This document shows, one piece after another, positions 49,540 to 60,324 of a stretch of 64,000 nt of DNA (positions are counted from its first letter, which is position 1; each line of letters starts with the position of its first letter). Location of the stretch: contig BCKQ01000002.1 of the NCBI GenBank assembly GCA_001600695.1, positions 1,499,340 to 1,563,339 on the forward strand, read 5' to 3'. The stretch is from Ascoidea asiatica JCM 7603. Lineage: Eukaryota; Fungi; Ascomycota. A program made the translations under genes and the position numbers. A model generated the notes under the pieces. That model made no database searches and was not told where the DNA came from. It saw nothing but the letters and a program-made list of their open reading frames with translations.

Positions 49540-50852
49540 TTACCATGAAGCAGTTTCTTCAGTAGCTTCAGCCCAATCAGCAGAAGCATTTTGTTGAGCA
49601 GACCAGTCAGCATCACCAGCTTCACCAGCCTGAGCAGTCCAATCTTCAGCTTCTGTTTCAGCAGTTGGTTCAACAACTTCAGTTTCTTCTTCTTCAACTG
49701 GGGCTGCAACTTCTTCTTCTACAGCAGCTTCAACTTCTTCAGGATCTCTGTAGAAGTAAAGATCTGGCATAACAGACCATGGTTGAGTACGGTCTGGTAA
49801 AGTACCTCTTAAACGTAAAACTTCTCTAGCAAGTAAATACCAAATCAAACCAATAGAATGTTTACTTTTATTATTACATGGGATTGCTACATCAACAAAT
49901 TCTGATGGAGAGTCCATATCAGTTAAAGCAATAACTGGAATGTTAACATATGAAGATTCTTTGATAGCTTGAGAATCAGTTCTTGGATCAGTAACAATAA
50001 CTAATCTTGGCTCTTTGAATGAACGAGTAATATAATTGGTAAAAGAACCTGGAGTGAAACGACCTGCAATAGCAGTTACACCAGTATGAGAAGCAAATTT
50101 TAATGCAGCTCTTTGACCGAAAGTTCTGGAAGAAACAGCAACAACATCTGCTGGGTTTGGAATTGCAGCAATAATTCTTGCAGCTAATACAATTTTTTCC
50201 CAGGTTTTACCGATATTAATGATATTAACACCATCTAAACGGGTTTTGTAAACATATGGTTCATTATGGACCTAATTTAGTTAGTATAAAAATTTAAATG
50301 AAAAAAATAGTTTTACTGTGATTATCAGAAAGAATGGATTAAAGGTAGAAACATGACACCACTGTTTTTAAAAATTTATGTCATTGTGAATCATTTTATA
50401 ACTCTAATCTTTTAGGCTTTATAAATATTTTTTATCAATTTTCTTTGTTTTAATATAGGTTTCGATGCTCCCTTTAAAAAATATAGGGAACGAAAAATGC
50501 TCTTGAAATGCTGAATATTGAATCATTTTCATATATTGAAATGGTTATTTTAAAACACTTCATGGATTAGTTTGTCATTTTTTTATTAATTTTCATAATA
50601 CATTGTATAACATTTTTAAATTATCTCTTTTTGAAGGACATTTCTAAAACTCTTGTTTACTTTTTTCTTAGGCATTAAATTCATTTTCTTTAGAAATCAC
50701 TTTTTTTTTTGCTTTCATATCCTAATCGTTCTGAAATAATGAAAATTCAATCATTTACTTACTTGAACATTTTTAGCACCTAAGTGAGAATTGGCAGCTA
50801 ACAATAATTTAGCATCCTCTGGAGTTAAATCAAAACTTGCTGGTAAAGACAT
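49540..50852 (-). CDS. RPS0: 40S ribosomal protein S0 (uS2); exons 50852-50763 and 50271-49540
   Basis: [30 protein letters not shown]|VHNEPYV. Intron 50762-50272 reads GTAAGT..TACTAAC..TAG. Motif [11 protein letters not shown]. Confidence 0.98.
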
Positions 50853-51156
50853 TTTGTATATTTTATGTTACTTTCTATAGTCCCTTATGCTATATTCTTT
50901 TTTTTGACCTAAATCCAAAATATTATTATATTCTTGATACAGATAAACTAATCACCAATTTTTCAACGTTGAAGGTCAATAGATATAATCAAAACGTGAC
51001 ACTTCTTGAAAAATGAAGAACTTAGGATTAGACCTGGTGTTTCTTGGAAGCGGCAATGGAAGTTCAACCTTTCGAAGAACCGACTTGGATTGTGGTGTCT
51101 GGCTTCTAATCACGGTAAAAAACCTATGCTTCCTCGACTACTAGGAGCCCTGATGG

Positions 51157-51202
51157 CACGTGTATATATATAGGGCTATTTAAAATGCAAAATGAAAGCC
51201 CT
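51157..51202. promoter_or_regulatory. CACGTG plus inverted Tbf1-like pair in the RPS0 promoter
   Basis: CACGTG at 51157-51162, TAGGGCTA at 51171-51178 and AGCCCT at 51197-51202. Confidence 0.65.
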
Positions 51203-52069
51203 TTATTTTACTAACAGAAATTACAGATTTAATTTAAGGTTTAGGATTGCTTTATTGAAAGGAGATCTAAACAATTCCCTAATCTAATTCTAGCTTGAGC
51301 TATTTTGCAAATTTTTAGAAATGGCTGTATTACGCATGGATTAAACAATAGTTATCATAATAAATATTGCAACAGCAAGAAAATTGCCCCTTTGAAATTG
51401 TTTTGTAGTTTATTTTTTTTTATTCAAGAAATAAATTTCAAATAAGCAAATTGTCTACACTCTTTTTCTCAATTGAAAAAAGATGATAGAATATAGGGTT
51501 AAAAATTAGTAATCTAATTTGCTTTTACTTTTTATAGTTTTGGTATATTTTTTTTACAAAAAATTTTATATAAAAATAGAACCTTTAATTTGAATATTTG
51601 AATCAACGAAGTTGGCGAAAAGTTCTAAAAATGAAATAGCTTTTTTTTCAAAGAAATCATGTTTTTATTACTTAGTGTAATTCTACTATCCGAGATTATT
51701 CTCAAATACTATGATTGTTTTTTCTGTAAATGCAGTTTTTACATTGCGATTTTATCAATTAAAGGATCGTATCTATATTGGAGAAAACTATTCAATTCTA
51801 TAATTAAGGGATGTGGTTTCAACTATGCTAACTTTCTTTCAAAATATTCGCAACATACGGAAATTACTAACTCACCTTGCAGTTGTAATATTCAATTGAA
51901 AAAAAAAAAAAAAAAACTTCTGAAAGTTTCTTTTATTTATTTAGATATTGAAATATTTTTTCTAAGAACTTAAATTTTTTACAATTGTGCAAGAATAGAA
52001 ATATCTTGGAAAACTTTATACCAGTAAAGTAACTATCACTTACTAGAAACGAAAAGACAAACAAACATA

Positions 52070-53239
52070 TTAAAAAGCCACTTGATCATAGAAAAGTATA
52101 AGTATGCCTAGTATAATGCATGACCAAATAATCATTTGAGCAGCAAATCTGCTTTTTTCTTTACTTTTCTCCAATGTTTTATTACCTTTTAGAACGTCGA
52201 TTTGGTTCTGATTCTGAATTTCAATTAAGTTTTCAATTTTTTCGGCTTGTATATTTAAATTAGATGTAATATCTTTCGATATATTTAATATATCATAAAG
52301 AGACTTTTCTAAATTTTTAACTTTTACCAATTCTTCAGATTTGTTTTTAAGTAACAAGGATTCTTGCTCTGCAAATTTGGTTATTTGAGTCTGAGATAAC
52401 TTTTGCATTGCTGATTGAAATTCTTGAATATTTTCGTTATCTCCTGTCGAATTGGTTTGCTCTTCTTCTAAAATTAGTGTCATGTTATCATTATTGATAT
52501 CAACATTTAAATTATTCGTAGGTGTTATAGAAGAAGAATCTATTGAAACCATATTATTTAAATTAGCCATATTTGATTCTTTCTTTTTGTTTAATCTGAG
52601 TAATTGAATTTCTTGAAATAAAGAAGTATCTTCTTCCAACTCTTTCTTTAGACTTAATAAAATATTTGAACGATGCTTGGATATTTCAGTATTAAATAAT
52701 TCCAACGAGTCTTTATTGATAACAGCACTCATTAGATTATTTATTGAACTGACAGTTGCTTTAAATTTAGAAGAAAGCGAGCTGGATGCATTTTGAAGAT
52801 TTACAGTGTTTTTATCAGATGTATCTATTGATATTACTTTATTTTCACTCCTTATCTTTTCATATTTTTCCATATTTGAAAGTATAGAAGTATAGTTTCG
52901 AATCATAATCAAACATTCTGAATCAAATTCATCTTTTTGGTCTTCAGTCATATCCTTCTCTTCTATTGGTTGCTCTTGGTTATTCAAGGATGAAAGCAAA
53001 TCATCTTCATTGTATTCTGAGGATAACAAGTAACTTGGTCTTATTTCCTGAATTAATTGGTTTAAATCATGTAATCTCTTATATAAATTGTAGCATTCAT
53101 TATTGAAATTATCATTTATTATATATGCACTACTTTTGGATGGTATTTGGTTTGTAGATTTTCTTTTAGATGATTTATGAGCTAATTCTTCATCGAAAAT
53201 CTCTACGCATTTGAAAAACAATGGCGATAAATCCGTCAT
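52070..53239 (-). CDS. UFE1: ER t-SNARE (syntaxin-18 family)
   Basis: MTDLSPLFFKCV N-terminus, MTEDQKDEFD, SNARE coiled coil and C-terminal TM; divergent from CDC21 as in S. cerevisiae. Confidence 0.88.
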   Translation of the reverse strand: MTDLSPLFFKCVEIFDEELAHKSSKRKSTNQIPSKSSAYIINDNFNNECYNLYKRLHDLNQLIQEIRPSYLLSSEYNEDDLLSSLNNQEQPIEEKDMTEDQKDEFDSECLIMIRNYTSILSNMEKYEKIRSENKVISIDTSDKNTVNLQNASSSLSSKFKATVSSINNLMSAVINKDSLELFNTEISKHRSNILLSLKKELEEDTSLFQEIQLLRLNKKKESNMANLNNMVSIDSSSITPTNNLNVDINNDNMTLILEEEQTNSTGDNENIQEFQSAMQKLSQTQITKFAEQESLLLKNKSEELVKVKNLEKSLYDILNISKDITSNLNIQAEKIENLIEIQNQNQIDVLKGNKTLEKSKEKSRFAAQMIIWSCIILGILILFYDQVAF

Positions 53240-53530
53240 TATTGATATACTTTCTCATGAAATTCAAAAAATTAATCTTTAGTAGTTTTATTTTTGTAGT
53301 TATACTTTTGTATTGAATCTACTTTTTGAATTTGACTTTAGTAAATAAAATTGAAATAAATTTCTTGAAATAATCGATTCTGGTTTAATTTCTTTTTGCT
53401 CTCTAAGGGTTTTTAATGCCTTTTTAGAATAAGACACAGTGTAAGGTAATTTATTGTTAATAAATAGTAAGATTAGTTGATCCGTTCGGAAATTAAAATA
53501 TTGAGACCACTATCTTGGAACACAAATTGG

Positions 53531-53570
53531 GACGCGAAAATAGAATTTAATAAATACTTTGACGCGAAAA
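53531..53570 (+). promoter_or_regulatory. Two MCB/SCB-like GACGCGAAAA sites upstream of CDC21
   Basis: Identical 10-mers at 53531 and 53561; thymidylate synthase is the classic MCB-regulated gene. Confidence 0.8.
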
Positions 53571-53708
53571 AGGTTGAAGTTGCAAATTTATTATAGAATA
53601 TACAAATTAGATAATATTTATTATTGGTTCGACTTTTATGTTTGAAAAGGTTTTCAGTATAAATCACTAATATTTTTATCTTTATCTTTATCTTTAACTT
53701 TACTCAGG

Positions 53709-54632
53709 ATGACTTTAACTACAAATAAAAATTTGGAGGAAAAGGCTTACCTTGAGCTTTGTGAGAAAATTATAAATACAGGAGAATTGAGACCTGATAG
53801 AACTGGTACAGGAACCAAATCACTTTTTGCACCACCACAACTTCGATTTGATTTGAGCAATGATGTATTTCCATTATTAACAACTAAAAGAGTATTTTTA
53901 AAAGCTATTATTCATGAATTATTGTGGTTCATAAGCGGATGTACAGATGGTGCTAAACTTTCTGAAAAAGGAGTTAAAATATGGGATGGGAATGGCTCTA
54001 GGGAGTACTTAGATTCGGTGGGACTTACAGGAAACAGAGTAGGTGATCTTGGTCCTGTGTATGGGTTTCAATGGAGACATTTTGGTGCGAAATATGAAGG
54101 CTGTGATGCAAATTATGATGGAAAGGGTGTGGATCAGTTGGCAGAAGTTATTAAAAAGCTTAAGACCAATCCATATGATCGAAGAATAATCATGTCAGCT
54201 TGGAACCCTGCTGATTTTTCAAAAATGGCTTTACCTCCTTGTCATATTTTTTCTCAATTTTATGTAAATTTTCCAAGCGAGGAAGAAAAATCGAAAGGAT
54301 CTAAGCCAAAATTAAATTGTTTATTATATCAAAGATCTTGCGATATGGGATTAGGAGTACCCTTTAATATTGCTTCTTATGCGTTATTAACAAAAATGAT
54401 AGCCATGGTTTGCAATATGGATTGTGGCTCCTTCATCCATACATTAGGAGATGCCCATGTATACAATGATCATATTGATGCTCTTAAACAACAGATTCAA
54501 AGAGAACCAAGATGCTTTCCAAAATTGAACATCAAACGAACTGTTACCGATATCGATGATTTTTGCTTTGATGATTTTGAATTGATAAATTACAATCCTT
54601 ATCCCAAAATAGCAATGAAAATGAGTGTTTAA
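53709..54632 (+). CDS. CDC21: Thymidylate synthase
   Basis: [25 protein letters not shown] and [14 protein letters not shown]. Confidence 0.99.
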   Translation: MTLTTNKNLEEKAYLELCEKIINTGELRPDRTGTGTKSLFAPPQLRFDLSNDVFPLLTTKRVFLKAIIHELLWFISGCTDGAKLSEKGVKIWDGNGSREYLDSVGLTGNRVGDLGPVYGFQWRHFGAKYEGCDANYDGKGVDQLAEVIKKLKTNPYDRRIIMSAWNPADFSKMALPPCHIFSQFYVNFPSEEEKSKGSKPKLNCLLYQRSCDMGLGVPFNIASYALLTKMIAMVCNMDCGSFIHTLGDAHVYNDHIDALKQQIQREPRCFPKLNIKRTVTDIDDFCFDDFELINYNPYPKIAMKMSV

Positions 54633-54704
54633 AATTCAAAAATTGATACATAGAAAATTGTCTATATAAATTAATAGATCTTTTGCTATACTCATAAAAT
54701 TACA

Positions 54705-56300
54705 TCAAATAAGCAGGCTATTCCTTCTAGACTTACTTTTTGGTTTAGTCTTTTGTTTTGCTGCCTCGCAAGAATTCAACAAATTTTCATCCTTAATTTT
54801 ATCTTTCATAATCTGCAAAGGTCTCACTGAATTTATATTTTTAGAATTTGAAATATCAGTTAATCCAATTCTTTTTTTCTTATGAGCTTGAAGGTGAATA
54901 TCGGCTTCAGAAGTAGTAATAATTTCGGATTTTCTTCGAGCAGAATCTTTTTTCTTTGTGGTATTTTGCTTTTCTATAGGTCTTCTCATTTTATCTCTAA
55001 GTGAAGGAAGTTTATAGTTCACCTGTTTTTTCCTTGTTCGTATTCTCCTTTTCGGCACTTCTACTCCACTAATATTATCAGAAGTAATTTCATCATCGTT
55101 CTTAATAGCTATGCAATCGAATTCTTCCTTTTGGCTTTTAACCTCTAGTCCTTTGATTTCTTGAAGCCTTCTTTTCCGAGAACTTTTTTGACAATTATTA
55201 GACTTACTTAAATCTTCCATTGAATATATAACACCTTTTGTATTGTCTTTTGGTAGTAATGGAATACATATTTCATCATCATTTTCATTTGTATCTTCAT
55301 GATTATTCTCTGGCTTTATGTTATAATTAATATTGGTTGAATCAGCTTTGATATCTAAAAGAGAAAATGAACTGTCTACTTTTTTTGTTCTTTCCATTAT
55401 GACCGAATTTTCTTTGAATACAGAAAACTTAGGTTTTCCATTATTATTATAATTTTCCGATTTTAAAAATACTTCATGAGCATTACCAATTATTCTATTT
55501 GATAAGACACCTTGCTTACTGAAAATATTGTTTTCAGCGTAGTCAATAATCGGACATGAGTTGAGACTATCTTCATTTAGATAACCTGAATGTTCAGATA
55601 TTGGTATAACAGTGTTTTGATTAATACTACTTGTATCATTGACAGTTATAGAAGTTCCAATCTTTTGTTTAGCATCGATTGAGTTTGAAAAAGTATTAGA
55701 AGAGTTAGAAATACAAATTTTGGGAAGAACATTTATAGTTTCAAGTAAACTATTTTCTTCGGAGTTATGATTTTTGGAATTATAATTGTAAGAATTATTA
55801 GAAGAGAAGTCTTCTGGTTTCGGAATAAACATGGATTGTCTTCTATTTGATCTATTTTGAAATGTTTCACTGAATTGCTGCTTTTGACGCAGTATTCCAG
55901 AATCTTCTCTAATTTGAAAGACTGTATCAAAATTTTCTGAAGATCGGCGCTTGGGTGAGGATAATCCTTCAATTTCTCTAATTTCGCTAAAAATTGAAAA
56001 CAATTCATTATATTTTTGAGTAACTGCATTTTCAATTTTTGATAATCGATCTTCCAACCAGTCTTTTCTATCAGAATTTTTTTCTATAGTTTCTTTTAAT
56101 AATTCCGTTTTCTCTTTTTTTAGCTGAATATTTTCTTTTCTTAATTCCATATTCTCTGCTAATGATTCAGATATCTTTGATTCTAAGTTATTATTTTTTA
56201 ACATCATAAATGAAATTCTTTTAGCTAAATCAGTGTTGTTTTTTAGTAAAGTAACTGGATCAAAATTTTCTAAACTTCTAGAATAAGACTTGTTAGCCAT
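54705..56300 (-). CDS. SGO1: Shugoshin
   Basis: N-terminal coiled coil KNNTDLAKRIS..ENMELR; SGO motif RTRKKQVNYKLPSLRDKMRRP; convergent with CDC21. Confidence 0.9.
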   Translation of the reverse strand: MANKSYSRSLENFDPVTLLKNNTDLAKRISFMMLKNNNLESKISESLAENMELRKENIQLKKEKTELLKETIEKNSDRKDWLEDRLSKIENAVTQKYNELFSIFSEIREIEGLSSPKRRSSENFDTVFQIREDSGILRQKQQFSETFQNRSNRRQSMFIPKPEDFSSNNSYNYNSKNHNSEENSLLETINVLPKICISNSSNTFSNSIDAKQKIGTSITVNDTSSINQNTVIPISEHSGYLNEDSLNSCPIIDYAENNIFSKQGVLSNRIIGNAHEVFLKSENYNNNGKPKFSVFKENSVIMERTKKVDSSFSLLDIKADSTNINYNIKPENNHEDTNENDDEICIPLLPKDNTKGVIYSMEDLSKSNNCQKSSRKRRLQEIKGLEVKSQKEEFDCIAIKNDDEITSDNISGVEVPKRRIRTRKKQVNYKLPSLRDKMRRPIEKQNTTKKKDSARRKSEIITTSEADIHLQAHKKKRIGLTDISNSKNINSVRPLQIMKDKIKDENLLNSCEAAKQKTKPKSKSRRNSLLI

Positions 56301-56639
56301 AGTAAATACATTTTATTATTAGTTTAATATTTGTTATATATAAATTAGTGTCCAATTTGAAATAAACTCAAGATCATTGCAATATCAATTGATAACTGAA
56401 CTTTTAAAGTCAACCTCAAATTTTAATTACTTTCACTTCTTTGTGTTTGTTTTCTCTTTTCCGTTTTGGGATTTGTGCTTAATAAATTTTGTAGATTTTG
56501 GCCGTTCGTGTCGAGCACCTTTTAACTGAAGAACTCTATCAGAAACTTCAAAAGCTATCATAATACTGAAAATAATAATCTGTAATTTAGTAAATGACCT
56601 AATATATTTGTGGAGTAACAATCTGTTTATTTTATAGAG

Positions 56640-57093
56640 ATGGCACTAGACAATCAAATTGATAAAATCATTGAAAAAAAGGAGTTGAATGAAAAGCTAT
56701 TTTATGAGATGTCTTTATCAGCTCTCGCTTTGGAAGAAAAGGTGATAAGTATGGAGAAAAACTTAGAAGATATTGGTGAAGGTGTCGAAGGTAAGATTAT
56801 ATTTTCTATAATTATTGCTTTATATAGTTTGTTTATAGGGATTTAAAAGTTCTAACATTTTTTTTTTTATAGCTGTTGGACTTGTTCTATCAAATTGGTC
56901 TGACATTACAAGACTTGTTTCTTTAGCAACATGTAAGTTTTTCTTTTTTTTTTTAATTTCTATTTTTTATTGTTGCTATACTAACAGTTATATTTTTAAT
57001 TCAGCAAGTTTGTCTACCTATTCAGAAGATGATTATGATAATAATGAACTAGAACCTTTGCCTGCAGCTTTTGTTCGAGTTCCAAAAAAATGA
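56640..57093 (+). CDS. DAD2: DASH/Dam1 complex subunit Dad2, 99 aa; exons 56640-56790, 56873-56932 and 57005-57093
   Basis: Introns 56791-56872 (GTAAGA..TTCTAAC..TAG) and 56933-57004 (GTAAGT..TACTAAC..CAG) give ...GEGVEAVGLVLSNWSDITRLVSLAT..YSEDDY..EPLPAAFVRV. Confidence 0.9.
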
Positions 57094-57579
57094 AATTTAA
57101 TTACAAAATTTCCCGGCATTGTTGTTGACGAAAAAAAATCTAAATTTTATGAATGTTCCTAAAAACATTAGGGGCATAGATTGTAATTGAAAAACTCAGA
57201 CCCTTGATTCAGGTAATTTAATTACACCTCCTTAGAACCTTTTGATCTCTAAAGCTACAAGACTAAAATAGAAATACGTTTTGATTAACAAATGATTAGG
57301 TTACAAGCTTTTGCAGGGTATATAGTGATAATAATAATAAAAGAAAATTATACAATAAGAAAAGTAAAAGACAAAAAAAAATGAAAATGAAATTGAGATA
57401 TTTATAACTTCATATAAACATTATTTTGAAACATAAAATAGAAAACAAAACAAAAAAAGGCAACATCCAAAATTAATTTAACCATAAAATAAAGAATACA
57501 AAAAGAAAAATGAAAAAAAAAATAATTATTAAAAGCACACTTCATGATTCAGTTAAATTTATAAAACAGCAATTTCTAG

Positions 57580-59478
57580 TTATTTATCATTTACAGTAAT
57601 ACTTTGTGAACTTGACAAACTATCATTTCTACCTTTATTAGATTCACTATCATCACTTTCAGTCATTATTTCATCTTCTTCATTATTCAATAAATTTTGA
57701 ATTGATGAATGTCCTCCAGTAGATTGATTATGTCTGAAATTATCATTTTTGAAATCATTATTATTGAATGAAGGTTTGAGAGAATTTTTAGGAGAGGCCA
57801 AAGACATTAAAGATTCTATGGCTTCTTTTTCTGCTTCTTTTTCATAAACTGGATTCAGCATATTGAAGTTTGGAGATGGAGAGGTTGAAGAAGAGTTTGA
57901 ACTGGGGTAGGATTTCAGGCTACTATTTGAAATTTTTGATCCTAGTCTATTATTATTGTTATTGATATTGTAATTATTGTAGTTATTGTTATTGCTATTG
58001 TTATTCATATTATTAGTATTGTTATTGTTGTTGTTGTTGTAGTTATTAATGTTAAGTTTATTGTTTTTTGGATTTTTGGATCGATTTATTGCAGCTGTAA
58101 ATGCTTCAGATGCTGATAAAATATTTAAGTCATCAGCATGGCTATATATTGGTGATTCATCATTGTTTATAAATCTTGGAGTAGGGTGATTATTTTTATT
58201 ATTGATGGAAGAATTAAGATTAGGAGTATCTAAAGAAGAAAAATTAAAAGGAACTGAACTAGGTATATATATTCCTAATGGTCTATTATTATTCAGACTA
58301 GATTTAGGACGTCTTAGAACAGGAGTTGTATTGGCATTAGAATTCAAGTTTTTAGTATTATTATTATTTTTATCATTATTATTATTATTGTTATCATTAT
58401 TGATTTTCAACTTAAACGGGGTATTAAATGGAGAGGATGCATTTAAATTTGAATTATTAGAATGGGAATTAGAATTAGAATGAGAAGGTGTAATCTGAAA
58501 TATATTTGAAGAATTTAACTCATTCAAAGAATTTGAAAAATTTGAGGATTTTTCATTAAAATTTATAGAATTAATATTTAAGGAAGGAGAATTTTGTTTG
58601 AAAGTTGCAGGTAAAGAATGATGTTTTGAATTTTTTTTTATTTTTGAATTAGAAGTACTATTACTAAAGTGTTGATCATTATTTGAAGAAGATTGTACTC
58701 TTAGATAAGCAGAAGATATTTTTTTTCTTAAATTCAAAGAAATTTCATGTAATTTTTCAGGAGATTTTAGAATTTCTTCAGTTGAGTTACTATATTCTGG
58801 TTTTGGAGATTGTAAAATAACTCTAAAATCATTACTATTAGTACCTAATCTATTATAATTTGAGTTTTTGTTACCGGAATTTGAATGCTTATTTGTGAAA
58901 ATTTTATTAGTCTTATTAATATTACTATTATTGTTATTACTAGCCTTATTATTATTGTTGTTGTTGCTATTGCTATTGCTAGTAATAGTGTCACTATCAG
59001 AATAATCATCTGAGTTGAAAGTAGAAAAGTTTGTAGAAGGAGTTTGAGGTACATTATCTAAATTTGAAGAATTTTTGTTTTTATTTGAATAGAAATTTGG
59101 ATTAGAAGATATATTTGGTAAACCTGGAGAAGCAGGAATTGAGAACATATTATTTTGAGGGATTTCTGGAGATAAAATTTGAAAAGAAGAATGTTTTAAA
59201 ATTGTTGGTGGAGTTGAAGGAGGGCGAGGTAAAGGTAATGAATATCTATTAATTCTTTTTTTTTCATTATTTTTGAATAAAATCGGAGAGCTTATTTGTA
59301 AAGAATTATTTGCAGAAGACTCAGATGATGGTGGAGGAGTTGAAGGAGTTGAATGATTTGAATTTGGTTGTATATTATTATTTTGTTTTTTAGGAGAAGA
59401 TGGATTAAGTAAATAATTTAAAGATTTTCTTTTTGCTTTATCATCTTTACTTGAATTAGATGAATTATGTTTACTCAT
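57580..59478 (-). CDS. Whi5/Nrm1-like G1/S transcriptional repressor, Asn-rich with many SP/TP sites
   Basis: ISLNLRKKISSAYLRVQ resembles the GTB motif; C-terminal EKEAIESLMSLASPK; many CDK-type sites. Confidence 0.65.
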   Translation of the reverse strand: MSKHNSSNSSKDDKAKRKSLNYLLNPSSPKKQNNNIQPNSNHSTPSTPPPSSESSANNSLQISSPILFKNNEKKRINRYSLPLPRPPSTPPTILKHSSFQILSPEIPQNNMFSIPASPGLPNISSNPNFYSNKNKNSSNLDNVPQTPSTNFSTFNSDDYSDSDTITSNSNSNNNNNNKASNNNNSNINKTNKIFTNKHSNSGNKNSNYNRLGTNSNDFRVILQSPKPEYSNSTEEILKSPEKLHEISLNLRKKISSAYLRVQSSSNNDQHFSNSTSNSKIKKNSKHHSLPATFKQNSPSLNINSINFNEKSSNFSNSLNELNSSNIFQITPSHSNSNSHSNNSNLNASSPFNTPFKLKINNDNNNNNNDKNNNNTKNLNSNANTTPVLRRPKSSLNNNRPLGIYIPSSVPFNFSSLDTPNLNSSINNKNNHPTPRFINNDESPIYSHADDLNILSASEAFTAAINRSKNPKNNKLNINNYNNNNNNNTNNMNNNSNNNNYNNYNINNNNNRLGSKISNSSLKSYPSSNSSSTSPSPNFNMLNPVYEKEAEKEAIESLMSLASPKNSLKPSFNNNDFKNDNFRHNQSTGGHSSIQNLLNNEEDEIMTESDDSESNKGRNDSLSSSQSITVNDK

Positions 59479-59851
59479 TTTTTAATAATTACAAATGTAT
59501 TTGATAGATTGTAATAATGTTATTTTTTTTTTTAATTAAGGAGAACTGATAATAATACTAACTTATTGTGATTATTATTGTGATTATTATTTTGATTATT
59601 ATTATTGTTTATAATGATGGTTGTCTATTTTTAATTAGGGAAATTGAATAAAGCAATATATATAATAAAGCTAGATGATTACTGTAAAAAAGATAAATTA
59701 GTAAAGTAAAGCAATATTGTATTTGATTATAAAATGAAATAAGAGTTAATATGAATAATAAGTTTTAAAGAAGTATATGAAATTATAATTTGAATATAAT
59801 TCCCATTCATTAAAATATTTATATTAAATGAACTTGTATTTTTCTCTTTAC

Positions 59852-59900
59852 TATTATCTTATTATCTTATTATCTTATTATCTTACTATCTTATATTATC
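59852..59900. repeat. Tandem (TATTATCT)n repeat
   Basis: TTATC at 59854, 59862, 59870, 59878 and 59896; CTATC at 59886. Confidence 0.85.
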
Positions 59901-60273
59901 TACTGAAATAATATAAAAATCAAATTTAAAAATATAAGTATAATTGAATGTAAGATTTTATAGGTAATTTATTATTTCTTTATCGAATTTAATTTAAATA
60001 GCAGTTGATTGTTTGCATTATTTGATTGATCGATTAGTAGATTGTAAAAAGCTATTTGAATAACGTTAAAAGGAATATAATAAATATGTTTTGAAGCAAA
60101 TCAATATTAAAAATATGAATAGAATATAATCTAATAACTAAAATATAATAAGTTGATAATAAGTTAATATACAGTAATAAAAGCTATCTAAAACTTCACC
60201 AATTACACATTATCCACAATGTAACTTTAGAGCTGTTACGGCATAAGTGCAGTGAATTTAGCCTACGAGTAGT

Positions 60274-60324
60274 AGTATTAGCAGTATTAGCAGTATTTGC
60301 AGTATTAGCTAGTATTAGCTAGTA
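60274..60324. repeat. (AGTATTAGC)x5 tandem repeat
   Basis: agtattagc agtattagc agtatttgc agtattagc t agtattagc t agta. Confidence 0.85.

Noticed and set aside
51659-51973. 104-aa ORF between RPS0 and UFE1
   Set aside because: Contains an A-homopolymer and has no motifs; likely spurious.
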